64,000 nt of DNA from Octopus vulgaris. Its lineage: Eukaryota. Each line of letters starts with the position of its first letter. Position 1 is the stretch's first letter. The translations under genes were made by a program, and so were the position numbers. The stretch covers positions 116,684,001-116,748,000 of the forward strand of contig OX597821.1 of the NCBI GenBank assembly GCA_951406725.2. Reading direction: 5' to 3'. Below, piece by piece: positions 1 through 13,228 of the stretch. The notes under the pieces are model-generated. The model saw nothing but the letters and a program-made list of their open reading frames with translations, made no database searches and had not been told where the DNA came from.

Positions 1-924
1 ACTTTTCTCTCATCATCATTATCATCATCATCATCGTTTAACGTCCCTTTTCCGTGTTAGCACGGGCTGGACCTCATTTAACTGTTTTCCATGCTGGCAT
101 GGGTTGGACAGTTTGACAGGAACTCACAAGGCGAGGGACCGAACCAAGTTCCATTGTCTGTCTTGGCATGGTTTCTACAGCTGGCTGCCATTCCTAATGC
201 CCACCACTTTACAGTGTGTACTGGGTGGTTGTTTTACAAGGCACCATCAACAGTGCATTTTATGTGGCGCCAGCATCCTGTGAGTATATTTCATCACTCT
301 TCAGTATTTCTTTCAATCAGCTGTTCATTTTATCAATCTCTGTTTGTTAATTCACTAGGTTATGGACACACTCTCACAAATATTATTATCATCATCATTA
401 TCATAATCATTTAACATCTGTCCTCCATACTGGCATGGATTGAATGGTCTGATCATACCCAACAAACCATGTTGGGTTTTGGTATCAGCTTTACAGCATG
501 GTTTCTATGGCTTGAAGCCCTTCCTCATGGCAATCACTTTACAGAGTGGACTGGGTGCTTTTTTTTTCATGGTATCATTATACATAAGGTCACTATGTGA
601 CTCACAAGGTGTCACACCCTCAAGTGAAGGGGGTGTAGTCCAGAAGGAGGTTGCTCTATGCCAGGTGTTGACAGGTTGAAGAATAACAAGGGGATAGGAA
701 CAAGTGTCTTGCTGTAGAGGAGATACATAGCTGTATTCTACTCCAGTTTGAAAGGGGGAAAGAGATGGTTGTGAAGGTTTCTAAGGGTATGTCCTCAAGG
801 TATAAGAAGGTGGGTTATAAGAAAGAATAGAGACAGAGGATAGGGCAGAGTTTGAAAGGAAAGTGACAGAGATGGGGATTAGGGAGAAGACCCAATAAGT
901 ATTTATATTTTTCATCGATATATA

Positions 925-1700
925 CAGGGTGCGATGGGTAAATTGCCCCCATTATATATTTTTAATTTCAGACATGCGCATTGTTTGTTTTTGATTTTCT
1001 CAATTACATAATATAGTAGGGTCAGTTGGGTACCGTCTGTGAGAAAAACAGCATCATGATGTAATTCACTCTGCCAGAAATTTGGAAACGACATGCTGTA
1101 TTGCATGGCATTCATGCCGGATTCTCCAATACGAACATTTCTGAGTGTTGGGTGTTAATCTTAGTCCCCAAAACATGTACTGAGAGTGATAAAAATCAAA
1201 CATCCAGTCAACATCATGGTGTTTGGAGTGATCACTAGTGATGGCGACGTTATGCCTCCATTCATCTTCCGACACGGCCTCAGACTCAACACAGAAGCCT
1301 ACATCAAGTGCCTGGAGGAGGTAGTGCTTCCCTGGATGAAGAGGCTGGCTGCTGGAAGACCCTATTCTGGGAACAAGCAGGAGAACCCAGTCATGGCTGT
1401 CAGAAATTTCTGCGACCTCATCACCCCTAACATCTGGCCACCTAACTCCCTTGATTATTATGTGTGGGGCATAGTTGATCAAGAGACTAATAAACCTCCT
1501 TCTAACACCAAAGATGAACTGAAGGCAAGGATTATGGCAGCATTCACCAACTTAAAAAAGACTGTCCAGAAGAGTCACAGGAGATTCCGAAATTGTCTGG
1601 AGACCGTGGCTGAAGCCAATGGCGATTTTATTGAACAAATTTACTCATAAGTATTTCTATATATTTTAATGTAATTTTGATAAATATATCGGTTAAAATG
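925..1700 (+). mobile_element. Degraded Tc1/mariner-superfamily (maT/DD37D-like) DNA transposon
   Basis: TA|CAGGGTG terminus; ORF 1186-1650 KHPVNIMVFGVITSDGDVMPPFIF...NIWPPNS-LDYYVW...GDFIE; internal deletions; right TIR not found. Confidence 0.85.
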
Positions 1701-2459
1701 AGATGTCATTATTATTATACACAGTATGTATCGATGAAAAATTAAAATATGTATCACAATGAGAAGAATAACCAAACTTTAAATGAATATTCAAGGTGGA
1801 TAACTCTACATATAATGATATCGGAATTAGCTCCCTTGATTGTTTAAGTCTGAAATTACAAGATAAGACAATAGACGAATAATAGAATTTTATGGACATT
1901 TTATGCAAGCACAGAATCAGTTTGAAGTGATTTTGTCAGATACTAATTGATAATTAGAAAACGTGTTCAGCCTCACTCAATACGAATTAAATTATTAATA
2001 CTCTCTAGTGAATGAGAGTTTAACATACGAAATTGTTACCGAAATAAGATCATTAAAGCTAATCTCCCTGACGTAATTTGTCTCATACACTTTCATATAA
2101 CTTATCTTTATTTTCATTCATTTATTTTAGAAAATCTTATTTGGTCACTTTGAACATCAAAACCCATAAATCCAATTTCATTAATAGATATAAAAACGTA
2201 TGCTTAACTCTCTACCCACGAACCAATCTGATTTATCACATAAACAATATATATATATATATATATATTTAGGCTCTCTGCTAACGAGGCACGCCAGATG
2301 TAAATGAATTTAATTTAATTTAATTAATTCATTTGCCAAAGTTTTGCCGAAACTATGCATATTTCTCTTTCTATTTCAGAATTACAACTATTTGGCGGTA
2401 TGAGTTTTGGCTGCTCTTTCTAGTGAGTCGAATGTCCTATATGGCCATTCCTTATATTG

Positions 2460-2494
<35 letters not shown>

Positions 2495-2495
<1 letters not shown>

Positions 2496-2583
2496 TGTTT
2501 CAGCTGATATACCCTCCAGCCTTCATCAGGTGTCTTGGGGGAATTTTGAACCTGGGTTTTCATTCCTAAGGTATTTTTCAATG

Positions 2584-2620
<37 letters not shown>

Positions 2621-2883
2621 GGTCACTGTCTACAGGCATTTGGCGTAGTGGTTAAGAGTATGGGCTACTAACCCCAAGATTTCGAGTTTGATTCCAGGCA
2701 GTGACCTGAATAATAATAGTAATAATAATGATAAACACATTGGAAAATACCTTAGGAATGAGAACCCAGGTTCAAAATTTCCCCAAGACACCTGATGAAG
2801 GCTGGAGGGTATATCAACCAAAACAGTGTGTTAACAACAAACAAGATGAGGACAAATATCTGTCAAATGTAAATAATGTACAA
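2495..2883. mobile_element. Second copy of the palindromic tRNA-head/(AAT)n/hammerhead element
   Basis: Inverted arm 2495-2630, tRNA-like head at about 2641-2707 (TGGCGTAGTGG A box), (AAT)n, forward arm with CTGATGAAGGCTGG and decayed GAAA. Confidence 0.85.
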
Positions 2884-3184
2884 AGATTTTTGCCAGGCAT
2901 AATCACAGCAGCAGCCACTATGCAGGCACTGAATTTGCAAGAAATAGTAGCAAAATAACCTTTAAATTGCACCCTACCACAACAAGAATTGAAGGACACA
3001 CTGAATTACGTGATCCTAGATACACGGTGGATGAATGCCTGCTTGATCATGGCTGACCAAGGGCTAAACTATCATACAGGATATATTTTAGCTCCCAACA
3101 AGAACATGGCAAGCTGCAGCAGTATCTTTTTTCATAAAAATACTTGCTTTTTATTCAACATTCCATTGTCCTTCTCTCTCTCCC

Positions 3185-3227
<43 letters not shown>

Positions 3228-3520
3228 AACACACACACTGTAATCTAACCTATAATAAAGCAAAATATGCTCTTTCAACCCCCACCCCACCCACCCCGTC
3301 CCTCTTGAACTCTGACCTCCGAGGAAGAGATAACATTCAGGTTGTTCTCATTTTTTCTGGGGATCAATACATCTTCACACATCTATTTTACATAGTCCAC
3401 CCTAAACACCACCAGTCACTTCTTTCTCCCCAGCTGCTTTATCTCTCACTTGATCATTCGTCACCCAATGAACCAACAAGAAATATTTAGACCATCAAGT
3501 TTCTCTTCCATTGCTTTTCG

Positions 3521-4179
3521 TCATCATCATCGTCATCATCATCATCACCACCACCACCACCACCACCGCCGCTGCCGCCGCCATCACCACCACTACTACC
3601 ATCACAACCACTATCACCGCTGCCACCACCACCATCACTACCACAGTCTCTACTACCACTACCACCACCATCATCATCATCACCACCACTGCTGCCACTA
3701 CCATCATCATCATCATCACCACCACCACCACCACTACCATCACCATCACTACCACAGTCTCTACTACCACTACCACCATCATTATCATCATCATCATCAT
3801 CACTACCACTGCCACAACTACCTCCACCACCACTATCATCATCATCATCATCATCACCAGTGCCACCACCACCACCACCACCACCACCACTACCATCACC
3901 ATCACTACCACAGTCTCTACTACCACTACCACCATCATTATCATCATCACCACTGCCACTATCATCATCATCATCATCACTACCACTGCCACAACTACCT
4001 CCACCACCACTATCATCATCATCATCATCATCACCAGTGCCATCACCACTACCACCACCACTGCCACCACTATCATCATCATCATCATCATCATCACCAG
4101 TGCCATCACCACTACCACCACCACTGCCACCACTATCATTATCATCCTCATCATCACCATCATCTCCATCATCATCATC
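3521..4179. repeat. Compound (CAC/CAT/TAC)n trinucleotide array with higher-order duplications
   Basis: Unit CACCATCACTACCACAGTCTCTACTACCAC recurs three times; gives His-, Thr- and Pro-rich pseudo-ORFs; similar arrays at 8540-8895, 52215-52470, 58065-58430. Confidence 0.95.
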
Positions 4180-4266
4180 AATTAATGTCTGTTTCTCATG
4201 CTGGCATGGGTTAGAAGGTTTGACAGGAAGCCTGGGAGCTACAGTTGGGAACTGCTGGTTTAGTCA

Positions 4267-4617
<351 letters not shown>

Positions 4618-5113
4618 TCAGTGCACACTGCACTCGTGTTTAGGTAGCATTAATCACTATTTCTCAGTATAAATACTGCTTTGATCACATGCTACACATC
4701 TTCCTTCCAAGCACTGCTGTAAATATCAGAAGTGAGCTAGAACATTAAAACTTGGTGTGCATGCACAACAGACAGACTCCAAGGTCAATCTTTGCTAAGC
4801 AGCTTCACTCTGTATGCTTTAGTTTCATTACTATAGCAACAGTCCAGATACTTATTGTTCATGGTTGAGAAGTAAACCTCTTAAGCTCACACCCACACCT
4901 GTGCTGACAAAGGAAATAATGATTACCACATGATCGTACTTACAAGAACTTCTACCTGTCTCAGAAAATGACAGTGCAAAGATATCATGGAACTTCATTG
5001 TAGAAACAGACTGCCAGATATTTCCATATTAATACAGTTCTATATTTAAGAGATGAGGAATTATTTACATTATTTACATTTGGTGGATATTTGTCCTCAT
5101 CTTGTTTGTTGTT

Positions 5114-5159
5114 AACACAACGTTTCAGCTGATATACTCTCCAGCCTTCATCAGGTGTG
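5114..5159 (-). ncRNA. Minimal type I hammerhead ribozyme motif, opposite arm
   Basis: Reverse complement reads CACAC CTGATGA A GGCTG gagagtatat CAGCT GAAAC GTT GTGTT. Confidence 0.65.
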
Positions 5160-5243
5160 TTGGGGAAATTTCAAACCTGGGTTCTCATTTCTAACATCGA
5201 AAAATACCTTAGGAATGAGAACCCAGGTTCGAAATTTCCCCAA

Positions 5244-5289
5244 GACACCTGAAGAAGGCTGGAGGGTATATCAGCTGAAACGTTGTGTT
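5244..5289 (+). ncRNA. Minimal type I hammerhead ribozyme motif (Penelope-type)
   Basis: GACAC CTGAAGA A GGCTG gagggtatat CAGCT GAAAC GTT GTGTT: stem I GACAC/GTGTT, stem II GGCTG/CAGCT, palindromic AACGTT in place of stem III. Confidence 0.65.
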
Positions 5290-6204
5290 AACAACAAACA
5301 AGATGAGGACAAATATCCATCAAATGTAAATAATGTACATAATTCCTCATCTCTTAAATATAGAACTGTATTAGACAAAATACTGCATTTCATCCAGCAT
5401 GCTAACGATTCTTTTCTACTTTAGGCACAAGGCCCGACATTTTGTGGGAGGGGGCCAGTCAATTAGATCGACCCTCAGTACGCAACTGGTACTTAATTTA
5501 TTGACCCCAAAATGATGAAAGGCAAAGTCGACTTTGGTGGAATTTGAACTCAGAACATAAGACAGATGAAATACCATTAAACATTTCACCCAGCATGCTA
5601 ATATTTCTGCCAGCTTGCCACCTGAGACCTCCAGATATTAAAACAAGCCTTGACATTATTTTCTAGGACAAAAACGACAATATCTTACTATGTATTGACA
5701 CAGTTATACTAAATGATTATAATGCTGCATTGAGGTGAGGTGAAAAGCTATGAAGACTTGGCTGTTGAATAAAATACACTTTGGCAGCTAAGGAATGTGT
5801 CTATCACTTCATTTATAATTGGTACAACTGACATTACAATGGCGTCCGTGACAACAGTGACAGCAGACTACATAAAAAGGCTAACATAGGAACATTCCAG
5901 AAAGTAGAAGTACTAAAATCTACAAAGTGTTGGGGCACCCTAACACAACACATGTTAATCTTGAATGTTGTTTTATGCTTCTTTTTCAATATCTTCCAAA
6001 TTTATATATACATATATGTATGTATATGTATGTATGTATGTATGTATGTATATATATGTACGTATATATATATACATATATGTATGTATATGTATGTATG
6101 TATGTATGTATGCATGCATGCATGTATGTATGTATGTATGTATGTATGTATGTATGTATGCATGTATGCATGCATGCGTGTATGTATGTATGTATGTATG
6201 TATG

Positions 6205-6257
<53 letters not shown>

Positions 6258-6271
6258 ACATACATATATAC

Positions 6272-6302
<31 letters not shown>

Positions 6303-7578
6303 AATTTGGAAGATCTTCATCACTTAACATTCATCTTCTCTGCTAGCATGAGTTGGGGGATTTGACAGGAGCTGCTAAGTCTGGGGACTGTGCTCAGGTT
6401 CACTGTCTGCTTTTGAAATGGTTTTTACAGCTGGATACCTTTTTTTAAGTCATTCAGTTTCCAGGGTGGACGGGGTGCTTTTTAATGTGAAACTAGCACC
6501 AGTGAGGTCTGTTTTGGTATGGCGTTTTACAGCTGGATGCCCTTCCTATGGCCAATCACTTTACAGAGTGAACTGGGTGCTTTTTATGTGGCACCAGCAC
6601 CAGTGAGGTCACCATGTAACTTGCAAGACAAAGATCCCTCAACTAAGATGGAGTGTAGTATTGAGTGAGGTGGCCTTTGTGCCAGATGATGAAGGTGTCT
6701 TGCTGCAGAGGAGATACATGATAACAGCAGTCTGAGAGAGAGAGATGATGGCAATGTCCCAGAGCAAACTCACAAGATATGAAGGTTGGCTTCTGTGCCG
6801 GTGGCACGTAAAAAGCACCCACTACACTCATGGAGTGGTTGGCGTTAGGAAGGGCATCTAGCTGTAGAAACACTGCCAGATCAGACTGGAGCCTGGTGCA
6901 GCCCCCTGGCTTCCCAGACCTTGGTCGTACTGTCCAACCCGTGCTAGCATGGAAAACGGACGTTAAACGATGATGATGATGATGATGATGATATAGAGGA
7001 CTGCACAAGATGGATCACACAGAATTTGTTGAGGCATATTTTCTTTGGCCGGATGCTCTCTGTATCAGCAACCCTCACCTGGTTCCATGTCAGGTAATTT
7101 TTTTCTCATGGCTAGACATGTTTGTGTGGGAGATTGGAAATGAAGGACACTGCTTGTATGACGGTGACACTTGTTTACAACAATCATGCAGAGTCAAGAC
7201 AAAGAGACATAAACACACACACACATAAATATATATGACAGGCTTCTTTCAGTTTCCACCCACCAAATCCACTCTTAAGTATTTGGTTGGCCTGGGGCAA
7301 AAGTAGATGACATTGCTGGAAGTAACAGGCAAATAAGCTAACAAAAAATTTTTTTTTCTTTTATGTGAATAATTTTAATCTTTTAATTCTTTCAGTCACT
7401 TGACTGCCGCCATGCTGGAGCACTGCCTTTAGTCGAGAAATCAGCCCCAGGACTTATTCTTTGTATGCCTAGTACTTATTCTATCAGTCTCTTTTGCCAA
7501 ACTGCTAAGTTACAGGGATATAACTTGATGGTGGAGTGACAAACACAGACACCAAGACACACACACAAATATACATAC

Positions 7579-7610
<32 letters not shown>

Positions 7611-7744
7611 GTGTGTATGTGTATATATATATATATTGGCCTGCTCGCTTAGCCAGCGGGGTGGTGTCATTTGAAGGCTGAAACAATGCGAAGCGCATTG
7701 TGACCAGCAATGTGTAGTAACATCTGACAGCCTGGTCGGTCACG

Positions 7745-7794
<50 letters not shown>

Positions 7795-7957
7795 CATATA
7801 TATACATCATCATCATCATCATCGTTTAACGTCCATTTTCCACGCTAGCACGGGTTGGACGGTTCGACCGGGGTCTGGGAAGCCAGGGGCTGCACCAGGC
7901 TCCAGTCTGATCTGGCAGTATTTCTACAGCTGGATGCCCTTCCTAATGCCAACCACG

Positions 7958-7991
<34 letters not shown>

Positions 7992-8850
7992 TACACACGA
8001 ATGGCTTCTTTCAGTCTCCATTTATCAAATCCACTCACAAGGCTTTGGTTGGCCCGAGGCCATAGTCAAAGACACTTGCCCAAGGACTTGCCCAAGGTGC
8101 CATACAGTGGGACTGAACTCAGAACCATGTGGTTGGGAAGCAAGCTTTTTACCACACAGCCAATCCTGCACCTTCTTTGATATAATCAATTAATCTCTTG
8201 GTTGGGTACACTGACCCCATCATCCATTCTGGGTCATGGCAAAACAAGGAGTATTGGCTTTATCTTAGTCTGGTGACTCAAGTGAGTATACCCTACAGTG
8301 ATATCATGTCTTGCTCAGGCTCATCGGTGGATTTGAAACCAGCACGTCAAATTAGTAAATTAATACAATGTCCTTTATGCCACAGCTACTTAGAGGAAAG
8401 AACTGTAAAAGCTACATGATCTGAGGTAGCGAAAGTTAAAAGCCCTAACTAAATACGTGTCAAATAAATATACCCCTCTCTCTACCCACTTCCTTTTGCA
8501 GGAACTGGCTGGATAACCTTTAGATTTATCGGGATTTCATCATCATCATCATCACCATCTGCATCACCACCACCACCACCACCACCATCTTCATCATCAT
8601 CATCATCATCGTCGTCGTCATCGTTTTAAACTTCATTTTTCCCATGCTTGCATGGGGCATGAGGCAGATTTTCTACAACTTGATGCCCTTTCTGTTGCCA
8701 TCCTTAGTGATTTCCTTGTAAAGGAGAGGTAAAATGGCAGCAATATGATGATGATGATGATGATGATGATGGCAGTGGTGGTAATGATGATGATGATGAA
8801 AATGTTGATTTTGAGAATGATGGTGATGATGGTGATGGCAGCAATGATGA

Positions 8851-8884
<34 letters not shown>

Positions 8885-9395
8885 GGTGATGGTGTCAAGG
8901 ATGATTAATGGTGATGTCAAAGCTGCCGATAACTTATATAGCATTAGAGAAGTTAACGATTGTTAATTTCAAACAAAGGATACGAACAAAGGAAGGTTAT
9001 AAGTTATCAATTGATTGATCACATGACTAGTGATAACGAGGTTTTTTTTTTCCTGAATGAGATAATCTTTGACAGACTTCACTTTTTATTATCCAGAAAT
9101 AATGCTTTGAGCCGTATCCCCTTCAACCATAAACCACAGTTTAGCACAGATAACATGTACTTTAAGATAAGGCCTGATAAAATATGTAACATTCTACACA
9201 AAGACCTCAATGCCAACAAAATAATGACCATTAGTAACCCTATGTGCACAGATGTAGTGGTTAAGAAACTCGCTTTCTAACCATGTGATCTCAGGTTCAA
9301 TACCACTGTGTGACACCTTTAGCAAGAGTGTCTTCTACCATACCCTCGGGCTGACCAAAGGTTTGATAGATGGAAACTGGAAGAAGCCTATTCTG

Positions 9396-9433
<38 letters not shown>

Positions 9434-9531
9434 TTAAAACGAGGGTGAGAAATTGGATATTAATAAATTTAATTAACATCAATTTAACACCAGTGGTCTA
9501 GTATATTAAAATCTGAAGGTTCAGTAAATTG

Positions 9532-9602
<71 letters not shown>

Positions 9603-10008
9603 TATACACACACATACATACATACATACATATATCTACATGTATATATATACATGAAGGTGCATGGCTCAGTGGTTAGAGCGTCAAACTTACAAACATG
9701 AATCATACCTTACCATTGAGGGGCAAACAATAACAATGAGTAAAGGACCAAATCAAGCAGCTGAAAACAACAGATTTACATCAATGGTATCTATGGGACC
9801 TGTCTCCAAAGGATCTGTGAAGGTTTCATACATAGGCCCTTTTCTCCCAACTATCCATCCATCCATCCATTCACCCATTTTCACTGTCCAACAGGTGAAT
9901 TGGTAGCATGTTGGACAAAACACATGGTAGCAAATTTTTTTTTGACTCTCTATGTTCCGAGTTCAAATCTTGCCAAGCTCAACGTTGCCTTTTATGCCTT
10001 TTATTTAA

Positions 10009-10193
10009 TCCTTTCGATACCAACCTGACTGAAACCACCTCTGGCTCTGTAGTACAAATGTCAGGTTTTCATAAGTTCTGAATTAAAATCTTCCACTAAA
10101 CCTGTCACAATTTATTTTACTAAATTCTTTGTTATATATAAAATAAAAGAAAGAAACACAGAGCATCTCAACAGAAATACAGTAATGAAAGGG
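10009..10193. mobile_element. piggyBac-like MITE
   Basis: TTAA|TCCTTTCGATAC ... GTAATGAAAGGG|TTAA: TTAA target duplication and short imperfect TIRs. Confidence 0.65.
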
Positions 10194-10896
10194 TTAAAAT
10201 ATATAACACTTAGAGGACATTTTATGTTTGTGCTGTGAAGATTTTTATTTTCAATTTATGTTTTAAATATTGGTACTTTGGAGGAATGGTTGAGGAAAGA
10301 TGTGTGTGTGTGTGTGTGAGTGCATGAGGGTATATGTGTGTGAATGTGTCTGTGTATATATATGTGAGTGTGTGTAAATGTATGTGTGTGTGCATGTATG
10401 TGTGTGTGTGAATGTGCGTGTGTATGTGGGCATATGTGTGAATGTTTGTGTATATACATATGTATATATATGTGTGTGTGTGTGTGAGTGTGTGTGTTTC
10501 AGTTCAGGGGTATGTACAGTCTATGTGTGTGTGCGTGTGTGTGTGTATGCATGCATGTTTGAGTGTGTATGTGCGTGTGTGTGAGTGTATGTGTGTGAAT
10601 GTGTCTGTGAGTACATGGGTGTGTGCATTTGAGTACATGGGTATGTACTGTGTGTATGTGTGTGTGAATGTCTGAGTGTGTGTATGTGTGTGTTTGAGTA
10701 TGTGAATGTGTGGGTGGGTGTGTATATACTTGTCTATGTGCATGTGTGTGTGAGTATGTGTATGTGCGTGCATGTGTGTGTGTGTGTGCATGAGGGCAGA
10801 TGAAGTTAATGTCCCAACCAGTTACATAAATGCAGCAGGTTTATCCAGGTGAACTTCAGAAAAACCAATTGCTAGAAACCCGAAGTCCAGTCTTAC

Positions 10897-11012
10897 CTGT
10901 TACTGTTCTCTCCTCCAATTGCTGGTGCATATGTAGACAGGTAATAAATCCATACGGACGACAGAGCAAACAGGATAGGTACACACAACCAACGCTGTTC
11001 ATACAACATCAT
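10897..11012 (-). CDS. Probable first coding exon of an unidentified secreted or membrane protein, divergent from MALSU1
   Basis: Exon 11033-10897 bounded by TTTCTAG| and CAG|GTAAGA; ATG at 11012 gives MMLYEQRWLCVPILFALSSVWIYYLSTYAPAIGGENSN, with a hydrophobic signal-peptide-like core; unique sequence among repeats. Confidence 0.45.
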
Positions 11013-11783
11013 GATGATTCTCTTCAATGATGGCTAGAAACGATCATCATCATCATCACCATCAGCATCATTCAGTGTCTGTATTTGAAGTCTTACAATG
11101 AGTTAACACAACAGCATTATGTAAGCATCTGCAGTAAGTGAGTATCTGTTACATTGGTTTACACCTGAGGATTCCTGACGAAGGTATTGAAGAATCTGTT
11201 GCAGTCATGGGAGAGAATCGGTTTCCGAAAAAATAAGTCCAAGGCAGCTTCTGTTGATAGTTAAGTCAGTGTTACTCGGGCTAAACGAAGAAAACAAAAC
11301 ATCCAGTCATCATTGGTTTCATTGTTATAAACAAAAATCTGCTAAATAAATGTTTTACTATATCTTGGGAGGGTCATTATACTGAGAAACACTAGCACTG
11401 ATTCTATTTCACTTCTTTATCATTATTATTAGTGGTGGTGGTGGTAGTAGTAGTAAGGTAGTGAGCTGGAAGAGTCGTTAGCATGCCGGGCGAAATATCA
11501 AATGGCATTTCATCCGTCTTTATGTTCTGGGTTTAAATTCCACCAAGGTGGAATTTGCCTTTCATCCTTTTGGGGGTCAATAAATAAAGTACCAGTCAAA
11601 CACTGGGGATCAATACAATTGACTATCCTCACTCCCCCAAAATTTCAGGCCTTGTGCCTTTAGTAGAAAAGATTATTATTATTATTATTATTATCATTCA
11701 GGAATCGAACTTGGAATCTTGGGGTCAGTAGCCTGCGCTCTTAACCACCACTCCATATTAATGATTCTTCCAGCTCACCACCT

Positions 11784-11861
<78 letters not shown>

Positions 11862-11925
11862 TAGTAATAATAATATTATAGGCATATGGCATAGTAGTTA
11901 AGAGCGCAGGCTAGCTAGATAGATG

Positions 11926-11966
<41 letters not shown>

Positions 11967-12910
11967 AAGAAATAACAAAAAACCGAAAAAAAGTGAAATA
12001 TTTTAATGACATGTGACTGAGAGAAAAAGCAAAATACCAAATAAACAAACAAAATACAAACAAACAAAATACCAAATAAACAAAGAACTGCCAAGAATTT
12101 GTTGTTTTAGCGAAAAGTAAAAACATTGGTTTGAGAGAGTGGCAAAAATGGTTAAAGTGAATGGCCCTAGTCTAAGTAAGCACCTGTAGATTGGAGGAGA
12201 GCAGGAGAGGGGCTCATACCTTTGGAGGTCAGGATAATCTTGGATTTGTGGGGTTCCATGATTGGCCCTTAATGGAGTTTCTCCTGTATCAGAAGGACTG
12301 CATCATTCCTGTTATCACATACTTTGTATTCGATGTATACTGTGGAGATGAGGTGAAAGGGAATTTGCTGTAGGTTCTAGCGATAGGTCAGACGGGAAGG
12401 GCAGATTTGGATTTAACCCAGTTAAACAGTAGATACTGTGAAGTAGGTGAATTGGACTTTATTCTTCATCTTACATTTACTTTTATCTCATTTTATTTTC
12501 CTTTTCTTTCTCCTCATCCTTTATATAAATCTCCATACAAACTTGTCTGTCCTTGTGATGTCCCCCACATCTATGCTCCTGTGGCTAATAAAAGAAATTA
12601 TTATAATTGTTATAATTATAATTATTATTAATATTATTATTGTTATTATGAAGGCGGCAAGCAGGCAGAATCATTAGCACACCAAGTGAAATGCTTAGTG
12701 TTATTTCGTCTGTCTTTATGTTATGAGTTCAAATTCCGAAGTCAACTTTGCCTTTCTTCCTTTCGGGGTCGATAAATTAAGTACCAGTGAAACACTGGGG
12801 TTGATATAATCGACTAGTCCCCACCCAACAAATTTGAGCTTTTGTTTGCCAAGAGTTGAAATTATTATCATCATCATCATTATTATTATTATTATAATTA
12901 TTATTATGGT

Positions 12911-13228
12911 GAAGGTACATGGCTCAGTGGTTAGAGCATTGAGCTTATGATCGTGAGGTTGTGAGTTTGAATCCTGGAGCAGGCTGCATGTCTTCTTGAG
13001 CAAGACACTTTATTTCACTCAGCTGTAGAAATGAGTTGCGACGCCCCAGTTGCTAAGCTGTATCGGCCTTTTTGCCTTTCTCTTGGATAACATTGGTGGT
13101 GTGGAGAGGGGAAGCTGGTATGCATGGGTGACTACTGGTCTTCCATAAACAACCTTGCCCGGACTTGTGCCTGGGAGGATAACTTTTTAGGTGCAATCCC
13201 ATGGTCAGTCATGACTGAAGGGGGTCTC
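12911..13228 (+). mobile_element. tRNA-derived CORE-like SINE (second copy at about 35038-35358)
   Basis: TGGCTCAGTGGTTAGAGC A box, B-box-like GTTTGAATCC, CTTGAGCAAGACACTTTATTTCAC core. Confidence 0.75.

Larger units (their letters stand above)
5035..5368. mobile_element. Palindromic hammerhead-bearing non-autonomous element (centre deleted), TA-flanked
   Basis: Ends TA|CAGTTCTATATTTAAGAGATGAGG ... CCTCATCTCTTAAATATAGAACTG|TA; arms of about 160 bp, each with CTGANGA-A-GGCTG..CAGCT-GAAAC. Confidence 0.85.

Noticed and set aside
5927-6365. Overlapping YMYVC/IYIY ORFs (also at 10.3, 17.4, 32.6, 38.2, 45 and 60 kb)
   Set aside because: Translations of (TA)n, (TATG)n and (TG)n microsatellites.
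10897-11012. Resemblance of YLSTYAPAIGGENS to the TMEM260/DUF2723 N-terminal T-x-x-P-x-x-x-GGDSGE motif
   Set aside because: The diagnostic DSGE and the following HPPGYP were not found, so no gene name was assigned.
11169-11240. CTGACGA...CCGAAA possible hammerhead
   Set aside because: No convincing stem II, stem III or cleavage triplet.
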